64,000 nucleotides of DNA. It comes from Malacoraja senta. Its lineage: Eukaryota. The stretch is from contig CM075995.1 in assembly GCA_038087875.1 (NCBI GenBank), forward strand, positions 4,776,001 through 4,840,000, given 5' to 3'. Below, one piece after another: positions 35,831-50,024 of the stretch. Both the position numbers and the translations under genes were made by a program. The notes below the pieces were generated by a model, which worked only from the letters and a program-made list of their open reading frames with translations, was not told the origin of the DNA and ran no database searches. Position 1 is the first letter of the stretch. Each line of letters opens with the position of its first letter.

Positions 35831-38117
35831 ATCTCTGGATGCAGAGAAAGCATTTGATCAGGTAGAGTGGCAGTATTTATATAAAGTACTGCAAAAATTT
35901 AATATGGGAGAGAATTTTATTGCATGGGTAAAATTATTATATGATAAACCGATGGCAAGAATATTAACCAATAATATGTTATCTCCAAAATTTCAATTAT
36001 CAAGGGGCAATAGGCAGGGATGTGCGTTATCACCCCTGCTATTTGCCCCTGGCTGAAAGTATAAGAATTCATCCGAATATCCAGGGGATACAATACTAGG
36101 GACTCAAATAATAAAATTTCATTATATGCAGACGATATACTTTTATATATTACAAATTCACAAACGAGCATACCAAATTTATTTAATTTAATAGAGGAAT
36201 TCGGGTCCTTTTCTGGATATAGAATAAACTGGAATAAAAGTGAAATCATGACGTTAAAACCTCAAGAATCTACACACTTATTGAAATTCCCCTTTAAAAT
36301 TGCAACAGAAAAATTTAAATATTTAGGTATTCAAATTACTAGAAAATATAAAGCATTATTTAACGCTAATTTTATGCCTTTATTAAATAAACTCAACACG
36401 TTGATTACATTCTGGAAAACACTTCCCTTATCATTAATAGGTAGAATAAACGCTATTAAAATGATCTTTCTACCACAATTATTATACCTATTTCAATCTA
36501 TACCATTATATACACCAATTTTTTTTAATTTTTAATTAGACTCTAATATTACTAATTTTATTTGGGATTATAGATCACACAGAATTAAAAAAAAACACTT
36601 ATGTGAACCAAAAGAGGTCGGGGGACTTTCACTTCCGAACTTTTTGTATTACTATTGGGCAGTGCATATTAAGAATATAATTTACTGGTTGGACAGTTCT
36701 ACCCAACAGACAGAATGGATAAGAATGGAGAAAGAGGATTGTTTTCCTTGTAATATAGGAGCGATCCTCTTCTCCCTGACAAAACTGAACAACACAATAT
36801 ATAAGAAGAACCCAATTATACATGATACAATAAGAATTTGGAAACAGATAAAATTATCTCTAAAATTAAGAAATCTATCATTGTTAATGCCAATAGCGAA
36901 TAATCCTTCATTTAAACCATTGATAAAACATATAACCAAAGGGAAAGAATGGGAATTAAAAGGATCGGTGATATGTATGAAATGGGAAACCTATTATCAT
37001 TCCAACAATTATAATTAAAATTTAAACTGAAAAATAACCAATATTTTAAATATCTTCAGATTTGCGATTTCATGAAGAAATACAAACAAGGATATCAAAA
37101 CATAACTTTTGATTTACTGGAAGAAGCAATGAATATTAAGGCTGACTCACAGAAATTAATATCATATTTATATAATAGTATTTTAAATATAGACCTACCA
37201 TCGACAGAGGTACTTAGAGAAGAGTGGGAACGGGAATTAATGATAAAACTTACGAAGGTTACATGGGAAAAGTATTTGATATATATACACAAATGTTCGA
37301 TTAATGCAAGATAATTTAATTCAATTTAAAATTTTACATAGATTATATTATTCAAAAACTAGATTGAATAAATTTTATCCAAATATATCCCCCATTTGTG
37401 ATAAATGTCTATCCCAAAACGCAACTATGACACACTCTTTCGTTTCCTGCATAAAACTTTATAAATGTTGGAGTGATATTTTTGAAATATTTACAAAATT
37501 ATTCAAGATAAAAATGGAACCTAATACTGAAATGATTATATTTGGAGTAATGGAAGACGGGAATAAATTGAACTCATCTCAAAATTTATTTTTTAATTAT
37601 GGTTTAATAATAGCAAAAAAACTAATACTTAAATTCTGGAAAAATACACCAATACCAATGCTTAAAATGTGGATTTCAAGCATGTTGGACACCGCACATC
37701 TTGAGGAAATGCGATTCCTCCTGATAGATAAATCAGACCAATTCTTAACGAGTTGGTCTCCATTTGTCGTCTTTTTGGAAGCATATGGTGCAACACAATT
37801 GTAGAAGCTAACTGTTCCAGGACTGGGTGAGGGATGGTTAAGATTATAAATAATGATCTCCTTATTTTTCTTTTTTCTTTTCTACTCTCTTTCTTTCTAC
37901 TTTTCTTCTTTCACTCTTTTTTTTCTTTTTCACATACTATATATCTCACGTTTTTCTATCTTTTATTATCTATTCTCTTTTTCTTTTTCTTCTTTATTAT
38001 AATAAAAAATATATAAGAAGCTGTACATAAAATGTATTATGTCAATATATATTAGGCACTTTGGTGCCATATGATTGTACTTACTTCTAATAAAATTAAA
38101 ATATATATATTTTTTAA
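35831..38117 (+). mobile_element. L1-clade LINE (duplicate of 8051-10336)
   Basis: Same motifs and TSD; one extra G near 36085 shifts the frame relative to copy 1. Confidence 0.95.
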
Positions 38118-41100
38118 GTAAATGATCAAATGTGGTACTGGTTTCTGCATGATTAATAGTGGGCTGTGTTTGGCTTTTAAAATGTGGCGTCTCTCATTCC
38201 TCCCTTAATTAAGGAGTCACCTAACTATTCAAAGGCTGTGGGCTGGCTGGTTCTTGTAGATGGTACCTGCTGCAGCCATCAAGTGTTGATGATGAAGAGT
38301 TCAAATGTTTAAGCAGGTGGGTGGCTTGCCAACCAAACCGGTTGCAGTGACCTGGCCGGTGTCAAGTTTCTCTGGCGTCGCTGTAATGTATTCCAGCCCA
38401 CTGTCGACATGTATATTTGTAGGTGATGTGCAGGCAGATGGCATTAGTTTAAGTTGTCATCATAATCAGTGTAGACATGGTGGGTTGAAGGGCCTGTACC
38501 TCTGCTGTAGTGTATAGGTAAGAGCTGCAGATGCTGGTTTAAATTGGAGATAGACACAAAGCTGGAGGTACTCAGCGGGACAGGCAGCATTTCTGGAGAG
38601 AAGGAATGGGTGACGTTTCAGGTTGAGACCCTTCTTCAGACTGGTTAGGGATAAGGGAAACGAGAGATATAGACGATGAGGTAGGGGAATAAAGAACAAT
38701 GAATGAAAGATACGCAAAAAAGTAACGATGATAAAGCATTGTTAGCTGTTTGTAGGGTGAAAACGAGAAGTTGGTGTGACTTGGGTGGGGGTGGGATAGA
38801 GGGAGAGGGAATGCCGGGGCTAATTGAAATGAGAAAAATCAATATTCATATCACTGGGCGGTAAGCTGCCCAAGCGAAATATGGGATACAATTCCTCCAA
38901 TTTGCGTTTAGTCACGCTGGCAATGGAAGAGACTGCTGTATTCTATTTTTTTAACGAAAAGCTTTGCGGTGTCAGAAGATGCATTAATTAGTTGTTAATA
39001 ATTAATGCAGTTAATGGGATTAATTTTAGTTCCTAACTCAGAGCTGTGATTTCAATGTGAATCACTCACTAATAAATGTGTAGAGTTGCTCTCTTTCCTA
39101 ATGGTGACATTTTGGGTTGGGACCCTTCTTCAGAGTGGCCTCAAAAAACACTCAATCTGAAGAAGGGTCTCGACCCGAAACGTCACCTGTCCATGTTCTC
39201 CAGGGATGCTGTCTGACCCGCAGAGTTACTCCAGCACGTTGTCTTTTTTTGTAAACCAGCAACTCCAGTTCCTTCTTTCTCTACTACGATTCCACTCGAT
39301 GGTCTACAGTTGGATAGATCACTCTTTGACACACTGGGGCCAACACTCCTGTGAGGCGGAACCTACTTTGTTATGATGCTAATGTGATGTGTGAATAATG
39401 TGCCCCATGTGTTAACAAGTGCTCTGTACAATGCAGCCAGTTATATTTGTTGCCTGATGAAATTAATCTTACCGATTTTTTCTTTCAAACCTTTTCACAT
39501 CATTGCCACCGTAAGACCACCAAGTGTTTTTTTTTTCATCCTTCACTTGTAGATGCCTCTCTCAGGACAAAAGTAATTCAAGTTTTTCAGCACACCTCAA
39601 CTTTGCACTGAAATGTCAGCCTCGATAATTTAGAGCATTGTGTTCAGTTTTGGGCACCATGTCATAGGAAAGATGTTGTCAAGCTGGAAAGGGTGCAGGG
39701 AAGATTTACGAGGATGTTGCCAAGACACGAAGGCCTGAGCTATGATAGGGAGAGGTTGAGTGAGCTGGGATTCTATTCCTTGGAGCTCAGGAAGATGAGG
39801 GGTGATCTTATAGAGATATATAAAATGATGAGAGGAATAGATCGGGTAGATGCACAGCCTTTTGTCCAGAGTAGGGGAATCGAGAACCAGAGGACATCGG
39901 TTTAAGGTGAGGGGGGAAAGATCTAATAAGAATCTGAGGGGTAACTTTTTCACGCAAGGGATGGTAGGTGTATGGAACAGAGGAGGTAGTTGAGGGTGGT
40001 ACCATCGCAACATTTAAGAAACATTTAGACAGATACATGCATTGGATAGGCATAGAAGGATATTGGCCAAAAACAGATAGGTGAGACCAGTGTAGATGGG
40101 ACATGTTGGTCGTGTGGGAAGGTTGGGCCGAAGGGCCTGTTTCGATGCTGTAAGACCCTATGATTATGACCTTAGGTGCAGTTCAGAGTTATGTTGTTCT
40201 TACAACTGTGACAGAGTATTTTCAGTATTTTCCAGTTTTATTTGCCACAAGGGCCTCCCTGTTTTTGTTCCCCTTTTTAAAGATGTGATGTTCTCACACT
40301 CAGGTGAAATAAGTATAATCTTCTTACCTAACTTACAGATTTTGAGAAACACATTGTCGGGGAAGGAATGAGTTAGATTCTTTTATCTTCACGCACAAAG
40401 CAATATGTTAATATATTTCAATTGTGAGGCTAAAGGTGAATGTCCCATTGTGAGATCTCATTTATAATTAATCCTCGGTATGGTTTGACAATCTCATCGT
40501 GCATCTTGCAAGCTTTACAAAGTTCAGATTTGGTTTTCCTCCAGAAATAGACCCCTTCCCTAATAAGAAGGCCAACTGTGAAAATGGCAATTGAAATTAG
40601 TTTTTTGTGTTCGAGAAAGTGACCATGTCTTGCAAATGCTGATGAAGTCTTGACAGACTCTGATTGATAAAGGGACACAAAGTGCTGGAGTAACTCAGCA
40701 TCTCTGGAGAACTGGGGAGTCTGATTCATGTTCATTACCGTGAAATGAAGTCGATTTTATTGGAACGTAAACAGGTTTACAAAAAGACTTACTAGAACTT
40801 TGTCCAATTGGAGCAATGTAGAGAAATGGACTTACAATAAAGGCCAACATATTGTTTGAGAAGGGTTCTGATCCAAAATATCACATCGATTGTAATCATG
40901 TATAGTCTTCTTTGACTGGATAGCACACAAACAAAAGCTTTTCACTGTACCACGGTGCATGTGACAATAAAAAACTAAACTAAACACCTATCCATGTTCT
41001 CCAGAGATGCTGCCAGACCCGCAGAGTTACTTAAGCACTTTGTGTCTTTTTTTGTAAACCAGCATCTGCAGTTCCTTGATTCTCCATATTGTTTTTCTTT

Positions 41101-43278
41101 CTAATTGTTTATTCTGCCTGCCTATTAACTTATAATGATTCATGGAAAGGACATATGAACATCAATACATTTCTATCTTTTACCACTGGGAAAATACTCA
41201 TAGTTTTATTTCCTTCCACTAAATTTACATATTTTATTCCAACCTGTGGCCCAATTTTCTATCATCAGCAAACTTGGATGGTGGGGTTAAGTATAACATT
41301 TCCAAATCATTGGGTTTGACCTTGGACAGCTGGAGTCCAACACTGATCCATGCAACAATCAGCTAGTCACACCCTCCCAACCCACAAAAAGGGTATTTTA
41401 ATCATTGCTTTCTGTCTCCTTGATTGAAGCGGAAGCAATTAATTTGTTAGTTGGCCGAAAGGTATGAATTCAATGATATTTTATTGTCAAATGTACCTAA
41501 GTATAATGAAGATAGACACAAAATGCTGGAGTAACTCTGCAGGACACGTAGCATTTCTAGAGAGAAGGAATGGGTGAGACCCTTCTTCAGTAAATTGAAA
41601 TGCTTTGTTTTGCACACAGCCCGGTAAAATCATACAGTAGACTGTACCTCGGCAGTGCACAAGTGTCGCCACGTGTGTGACGCCGACAAAGTGACAAAAG
41701 TTCACTGTCTTCTGTCCGCGTGTGCAAAGCCAGGGCGGCACGGTGGCGCAGCGGTAGAGTTGCTGCCTTACAGCCCTTACAGCTCCAGAGACCCGGTTCA
41801 ATCCTGACTACCGGCTACTGTCTGTGCGGAGTTTGTACGTTCTTCCCGTGATCGTGTGGATTTTCTCCGGGTGCTCCGGTTTCCTCCCACATTCCAAAGA
41901 CGTATAGGTTGCAGGTTAATTGGCTTGGTACAAATGTAAATTGTACCTAGAGTGTGTAGGATAGTGTTATTGTGCAGGGATCGCCGGTCGGTGTGGACTC
42001 GGTGGCCCGAAGTGCCTGTTTACGCCCTGTAAACGTAAAAACTAAAAACAAAACGAAAGGGGCGAACGGTTAAACAGATGGGTGAAGGGTAACCACTTGT
42101 GTAACCACTAGGCACTGTGGTGTGCTATGGTTTTCTAATTTCAATGTAATTAGTTCATTTTCTCAAATGCCAGTCCTTAGATGGCAGACTGTCAGAACCT
42201 TTTTTCCCCAGGGTGGAAATTTCAAATGCTAGAGAGCATAGCGTTAAGGTGAGGGTCAAAGTTCAAAGGGGAGGTCTGGGACAAAGCTTTTTACGCAAGA
42301 GTGGGGGGTGCCTTGAACGTATTGCCAGGGGTGGTGGTGGTGGAGGAAGAAATATTAGCGGCATTTAAGAGGCTTTTATGTAGGGAATGGAGGGGGGTGG
42401 ATCATCCCATGGCAAATGAGAGTAGTTTATGTAGGAAAGAACTGTAGATGCTGGTTTAAATCGAAGGTAGACACAAAATGCTGGGGTAACTCAGCGGGAC
42501 AGGCAGCATCTCCGGAGAGAAGGAATGGGTGACGTTTCGGGTCGAGACAATTCTTCAGACTGATGTCAGGGGAGTGGGCGGTTCTGAGATAAAATGTAGG
42601 CGGAGACAGTAAGACTGGTGGGAGGATTGGGAAGGGGGATGGGATGGAGAGGGAGGGAAAGTAAGGGCTATATGAAGTGAGAGAAGTCAATGTTCATATA
42701 TTGACTTCTCTCACTGGGGTGTAAACTGCCCAAGCGAAATATGAGGTGCTGTTCCCCCAATTTGCGCTGGGCCTCACTCTGACAATGGAGGAGGCCCAGG
42801 ACGGAAAGGTCAGTGTGGGAATGGGAGGGGGAGTTAAAGTGTTAAGCAACCGAGAGATCAGTAGGTTTAGGCGGACTGAGCGGCCTTCTGTTCGGCACAG
42901 ACATGTTGGGCCAAAAAGCCTGTTTCCTCTGTGCTGTACTTTTCTATGTGCTATGTGCTATAGCAGTTGTATCTAAGGCAGAATTTCAACAGATATTTGG
43001 TGGGAAAATTTGGAAGGGTAATAGGTGTAAATGTTACATTGCAACAGCGGCATGAATTTGTTCAGAGAAAATGTGTTATTGAAGGAAGCAAATCTTGCAA
43101 CATACTGATGGAAATGAGATCATTTTGTTTGATAAGTGGCAAGGAAATTTTGCTGGGGAACTTGATGTAGATTGGCGTTCTACTCACAGATTAAATGCCA
43201 ACACTGTAGGAAATATTTTCAGCTTTTGTGTTATCTTATGCACTGAAGTCCTTTTACATTTTTGCGCTGATTCTCTAG

Positions 43279-43305
43279 ACGGTGCTTGATTCTGTACCAT
43301 TGCCG
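43279..43305 (+). CDS. Duplicate of candidate microexon 15498-15524
   Basis: Identical exon and splice signals. Confidence 0.45.
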
Positions 43306-44736
43306 GTGAGTTTTATTTATCGGGGTGGTTGGAGGTCTGTGGGGGAAACATCGGATTTTTAAAAATCAGTAAGGCACAGAAGGATGTCATAGAGTGATAT
43401 AGTGTGGAAACAGGCCCCTCGGCCCAACATGTCCCAGCTACACTAGTCCCACCTGCACTTGTTTGGGCCTTATCCCTCCACACCTGTGCCTGTCTAACTG
43501 TTTCTTAAACGTTGGGATAATCCCTGCCTTAACTACCTCCTCTGGCAGCTTGTTCCATACACCCACCACCCTTTGTGTGAAAAAGTAACCACTCTGATTC
43601 CTATTAAATCTTTTCCCCTTCACCATAAACCTATTTCCTCTGGTCCTCGATTCACCTTCTCTGGGCAAGAGACTCTTTGCATCTACCCGATCTATTCCTC
43701 TCATGATTTTATACACCTCTATAAGATCATCCCCTCATCCTCCTGCGCTCCAAGGAAAAGAGTTCCAGCCTATTCAACCTCTGCCTCTAGCCCAGACCCT
43801 CTAGTCCTGGCAACATCCTTATAAATCTTCTCTGTACCCTTTCCATCTTGGCAATATCTTTCCTATAACACGATGCCCAGAACTGAACACAATATTGTCA
43901 TTGGACTCATAACAGCAGTGCCAGTTCTTTGCTCTCTCGCATAACCTTGTCATCCCCATTCACCATAGCATTACGAGTTATTTTTCCCGCATGTGCTTAT
44001 CCAATTTCCTTCCAGTTTGATCCTTTCTTCAATATCAGTTTTGGTTTATATTTATCACCTACATTGAGATACAGTGAAAAGTTTTGTTTTGCGTGCTATC
44101 CAGGCAGATCATACCTTACATGAGTACTTTAGGTAGTGATAATGAGAAAATAAATCCTGAGCAGAATATAGTGTTACATTTACAGTGAAAGTGTAGATTA
44201 AAGATAAAAGTGCAAGGGCAGCAACAAGGTAGATTGGAAGATTGTGAATTCATCCCATCACATGAGAGGTCCATACAAGAATCTTTCAAGCTTTTGTATC
44301 TTCTGCCTGAATGGAGAATGAAGAAGTGAGAATGACCCGGGTGTGAGTAGCCCTTGCATGGTGTAGATTGTGGGGTGGGGGGGGGGGGGGGGTGTTGGAG
44401 GTAGGGGGAAGCTGGTTTGTTTGATGGATCGGGCTATGTTTATAACTCTCTGCCATCTCTTGTGGCCATGGGCAAAGCTGATGTAGAAATCTGATGTAGG
44501 CAGCTTGTTATCCAAATGTTCCAGGGATGAGTGTGGGAGGTGGCCCCTGCCGTGGACCTGTTCTGTAGTAGGTGAATTGCTCTGGATCTAGGCTATCTAG
44601 GAGGTTGAGGTGCACCATGACCAGCCTCTCATAGGACTTCATGATGGTGGGTGTTAGAGCTGTGGGCGGTAGTCATTCATGCACATTATCTTGTTTTTCA
44701 TAGATTTGAAGACAGTGGAAGCTTTATACTCTAGAT

Positions 44737-44879
44737 CAAGGGTTCCCAACCTGGGGTAAATTTAGGGTAAATTTCACCTACCCAAGGGGTAAATTTGTTG
44801 ATTCTGGATTTGTAGATATTTTTTCTCATTGACTGACTGTGTAGGGGTAAACGGGACGAAAAAGGTTGGGGAACCCCTG
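44737..44879. mobile_element. hAT MITE (duplicate of 16954-17096)
   Basis: Same TIRs. Confidence 0.8.
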
Positions 44880-47800
44880 ATCTAGGTGATCCCAAGCCAT
44901 CGATTGAGGTAGTCCATGAACAATAATGATGGCTTTTTATTTCTTATGTTAGTTCTTATGTTTCGCAAGCTTCAGAATTCCATAATATGGGTGAAATCTC
45001 CTCCCATGCAGCACACATCTGCAATTTATTTTAATTATAAGGAACACCGATTAATCCACGAGATCTCCATTTAATACTCAAATGGAAATAGCATGCAGTA
45101 CGTGTGGAGTCACCAGGAATTTAAAAAAAATCAAGAACTCCAAGACACGAGGGAAATTTAGAACCCTTGACTCTTAACTTTGCAAAGAATTCTATGCAAG
45201 CCAAAACATGAATCAGGTACAATGGTACAACACTCTGCAGACAGTGCGATTTGCAACTTCTCTGGTCAATAAAAGATTATTTATGTGTATTCATGTAAAG
45301 CTTGGTACACGCGACAATAAACTAAACTGAACCGATTCTGCAGGTACCATCACAAAGTTTAGGAACCATTTAGACAGGTACATGGCTAGGATAGGTTTTG
45401 AGGGATATGGGCCAAACGCAGGCAGGTGGGACTAGTGTAGATGGGGCATGCTGTCGATATGGGCAAGTTGGGCCGATGCGCCTGTTTGCATGCTATATCA
45501 CTCTATAAGCCACGTCATTAGGTCATAAGTGATAGTAGAATGAGGCCATTCGGCCCATCGTCTATTCTGCCATTCAATCATGGTTGATCTATCTTTCCCT
45601 CCCAACCTCATTCTCCTGCCTTCTCCCCATAACCTGTACTAATCAAGAATCTATTTCTTTGCCTTAAAAATATCCACTGACTTGGCCTCCACAGCCTTCC
45701 GTGGCAAAGAATTACACAGAATTACACAGATAAATAAATTTCTCCTCATCTCCTTCCTAAAAGAACATCCTTTAATTCTGAGGCCATGACTTCTAGTCCT
45801 AGACTCTCCCACTCGTGGAAACATCTTCTTCACATCCACATTATTGTAGCTGGAGGTATGTTGTTTGTGTTGTGCAGTGCCGTATCCCTTCACAAAGTGA
45901 CTGCAAAGACCATGTTGGCATTGGTGGGGACACATCAATAGGAATTGCTGGGAAACCTAGCTACGGTGTTAAATGAACCTCTGATTAAAGTTCTCATTTT
46001 ACATCCGTCTTTTGTGGACAGCATTAGGTTGATGCACCACGCTGCTTTCAATGCCTAAGGAATGCTATAGAGCAGCTTATAGACTGTGTGAAGTTGTTCA
46101 CCCTTGACACTTGAATCCTTTTCTTGGTATGCTGATATTTTGACATAGGTCGAGCTGCAATTAAAATGCTTTGATATTGTGAGGTGAGGGGAGGGAAAGG
46201 TAATTATTTTCTGATTATTAGCCAGACACCTCAGTTGGATTGTATTGAAGCGAGCAAGGCAAATTCAATGCTAGCGTTTATATCAAGATGACTGGAATAC
46301 AAAAGCAGAGAATGTAATACTGAGGCTCTACAAGGTGCTGGTCAGGCTGCATTTGGAGTCGTGTGAGCAAATTTGTGCCTCGTATCTGAGGAAGGATGTG
46401 CTGGCTCTGGAGAGGGTCCAGAGGAGGTTTACAAGAATGATTCCAGGATTGAGTGGGTTAGCATAAGATGAGCGTTTGACTGCACTGGGTCTCTACTCGC
46501 TGGAGTTTGGAAGGTTGAGGGGGGATCTCATTGAAACTTACAGAATAATGAAAGACATAGATAGAGCGGATGTGGAAAGGATGTTTCCACTGGTGGGAGA
46601 GTCTAGGACCAGAGGTCATAGCCTCAGAATTAAAGGGCGCTCTTTTAGAAAGGAGGTGAGGACGAACTTCTTTAGTCAGAGGGTAGTTAATCTGTGGAAC
46701 TCATTGCCACAGAGGGCTGTGGAGGCCAAGTCAGTGGATATTTTTTAAGGCAGAGATAGACAAATTCTTGATTAGAATGGGTCTCAAGGGTTATAGGGGA
46801 GAAGGCAGGAAAATGGGATTAGGAGGCAGATATCAGCCACGATTGAATGGCATAGACCATAGGCCGAATGGCCTCATTCTACTCCTGTAACTTGTGAACT
46901 TGTGAGTAGACTGATAATGTGTTTTGAGATTGTGTAGTATATTGATATCCTTTTTCTGTTGCTGTGATAAGTGCTGGAACTTCTTACCTGTCATCGGTGT
47001 CCTTAATACAGTTTAGTTTATAGATACAGCGCGCGGAAACAGGCCCACCTGAGTCCGCGTCGACCAGCGATCCTCGTACATTAACACTATCCTACACACA
47101 CTGGGGACAGTTTACAATTATACCAAGCCAAGTAGTCTACAAACCTATACGTCTTTGTAGTGTGGGAGGAAACTGGAGCATCCGGGAAAAAAGCCACGCA
47201 GGTCACGGGGAGAACGTACAGACAAGCACCTGTAGTCAGGATCGAACACGGGTCTCTGGCGCTGTAAAGCAGCAACTTTACTGCTGCGCCACCATGCCGC
47301 CCTCCCCTCCCCATTGACTGCAGTAGTTTTTTGAGGGAGCTCATCTCTGCAATCCTGAAGGGCGGGCAATAACGCTAATCTTGCCAGCGGCTACCATGTG
47401 TTTACAGCTACCCATATATTAAAAATTAATTGCAGCTGCACAGTTTGCAACATCCAGTGCAGGTAGAAAACAAATGGGAGCCGTAAGGTGGAGACACTAG
47501 AAAGTGTCGATACATGAATCTTGAAAGTGCTGGAGTAACTCAGCGAGTCAGGCAGCATCTGTGGAGGGAATGGATAGGTGACGTTTCAGCTCAGGACCCT
47601 TCTTCAAGTCCCTGGTCAGAACATGGCTGAAGGGCAGGATGGTAGCAGGAATCACAGAGGGGGAGCCCTGAGAGATGAAAACCGTTGCCCTGAGGAAATG
47701 TAAGGGTTTATCTCTCTATTAAGGAGTCTGTTGAAGATGAGGAATTTCTTTAGCCAGAAGGTGGTGAATTTGCGGAATTCTTTGCCACAGATGGCTGTGG

Positions 47801-49601
47801 AGGCCAAGACATTGGGTATTTTTAAAGCGGAGATTGATAAGGTCTCGATTCGGAAGGGTTTCAAAGGTTATGGGCAGAAGCCAGGAGAATGGGGTTGAGT
47901 GGGAAAAATAGATCAACCATGATTGAATGGCGGAGTAGAGTCGATGGGCTGAATGGCCTAATTCTGCTCCAATGTTTTATGGTCTTATGTTGCAAGGATT
48001 CGCTTTCCGTATTTATTTTCCACCTCATTTCATTTTTCCATGTCTCCTGCTTTGTTAATCAATAAACCTTGCATGCAAGGATGATGGTATTTCCTTCCAG
48101 TCGCTGTTCACTTGCCTGAAGTAACGTTGTGCAGCATATGCAAATGCAAATGTAGACTTTTGGAGCCCTCAATTATCATTCACATTGTGTTAGAAGGTAT
48201 TAAAAATAACTCTTCACCCACACCAATCTGTTTTCCAACAGAAGGTTATGTACGTGGGAGGAATTCCAATTTGCCAACTGGGCGTGCTTAAAGAGTCTAA
48301 TAATTCTTTTGCTGATGTTGCGAGCAAGTGCTGCCAGAACTTCCTCTTTGTAAGACTTCTCTCTTCCTTTGTGGGATGGGTTTAAAATCAGTCGTGTAAA
48401 TATTCACTGTTGATGCCTTGCCTATGAAAATGGTTCTGATCAGGAACTGCAGATGCTGGTTTAAACCGAAGATAGACACAAAAAGCTGGAGCCATCTGAA
48501 GAAGGGTCTCGACCCGAAACCTCACCCATTCCTTCTCTCCAGAGATGCTGGTCCCGCTGAGTAACTCCAGCTTTTTGTGTCTATCTTAGCTTATTGTCTC
48601 GTATACCAGGGTGTAATGAAATTCATTGTTTGCATGAAGCTCATAGTACATTGTGTCCATGTTAATGATACAATACAACATTGATTGCAAAATGGACGGC
48701 AGAATAGGGCAAAGATTATAAATGCAATCGGAGGTTGTGCAAAACAAAATACTGATGTGCAATAACAGAATAATCGAGTTAGGTAGAGTTAAGACTAAGA
48801 ATACGTGGCAGAACCTCTGGGGAAAGGGGATGAGAAAGACATGATTATGAATCTGATAACAGTCGAGAAGAAGCTGTTCTTAAGTCTGGGTGTCTGAGTT
48901 TTCAAGCTTCTGATTCTTCTCCCAGATGATTTTGTTTAGTTTAGAGATACAGCATGGGAAACAGGCCCTTCGGCCCACCGAGTCCACGCTGACCATTGAT
49001 CACCCAGTCACACTGATTTTATGCTACCCCACCACCAACACACCAGGTGCAATTTTACGGGCCATTTAACCTACAAACCCACGCGTCTTTGGGATGTGGG
49101 ATTAAACCGGAACACCTGGAGGAAAACCCTGACCCAGAGCAGTTTATTGTCTCATACACCAGGGAGTAATGAAATTCATTGTTTGCAAGAAGTTCAGAGT
49201 ACACTGTGTGCATGTTAATGATACATACAATAATAAATGCAACATTGAATGCAAAACAGCAGAAGATTACAGTGCAATCCGAGACAAAATACTGAAGTGT
49301 AATAACAGAAGAATTGAGTTGGGTAGAGTCTAGTTTAGTTTATTATCACATGCACTGAGGTACAATGAAAAGGTTTTTTTGTGTGCTAACCAGTCAGCAG
49401 AAAGACTATACACGATTACAATCGAGCCATCCACAATGTACAGATGCATGATAAAGGGAATAACATGAATAACGTTTAGTGCAGAATAAAGCCAGCAACG
49501 TCCGATCAAAGGGTCACCAATGAGGTAGATAGTAGCTCAGGACTGCTCTCTAGTTGTGGTAGGATGGTTCAGTTGCCAGATAACAGCTGGGAAGAAATTA
49601 A

Positions 49602-50024
49602 TGGGCCTGTCCCACTAAGGCTATTTTTAGGCGACTGCCGCGACTGTCATAGTCGTAGCAGGTCGAAGAAAAAACGGTGACTGGACCCCCCTTCAACATA
49701 AAATTTGAAATAGAATCATTACTATATCAACAACAAAAAAACAGTCAGCACCGGCGACAACCTACGCTAACCTGGCAACAACTACGACAGCACCTACGTC
49801 AGGAGAAGTCAACCTACGCTCATTGGTGTCAAACCCACTGTCGCCGACTGTCTCTGAAAAATTTTCAACATCTTGAAAATCCAGCAGCGACCAGGAAGAC
49901 GCTACGACTCTTTGGGCGACTGAGGAGACTACTCATGACCATACAGGTGACACCCCGGCGACCATGTGGCGACAGCCTAGTCACCTGTAGTCGCCTAAAA
50001 AATAGCCTAAGTGGGACAGGCCCA
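49602..50024. mobile_element. Harbinger-type MITE A (duplicate)
   Basis: Same TIRs. Confidence 0.85.
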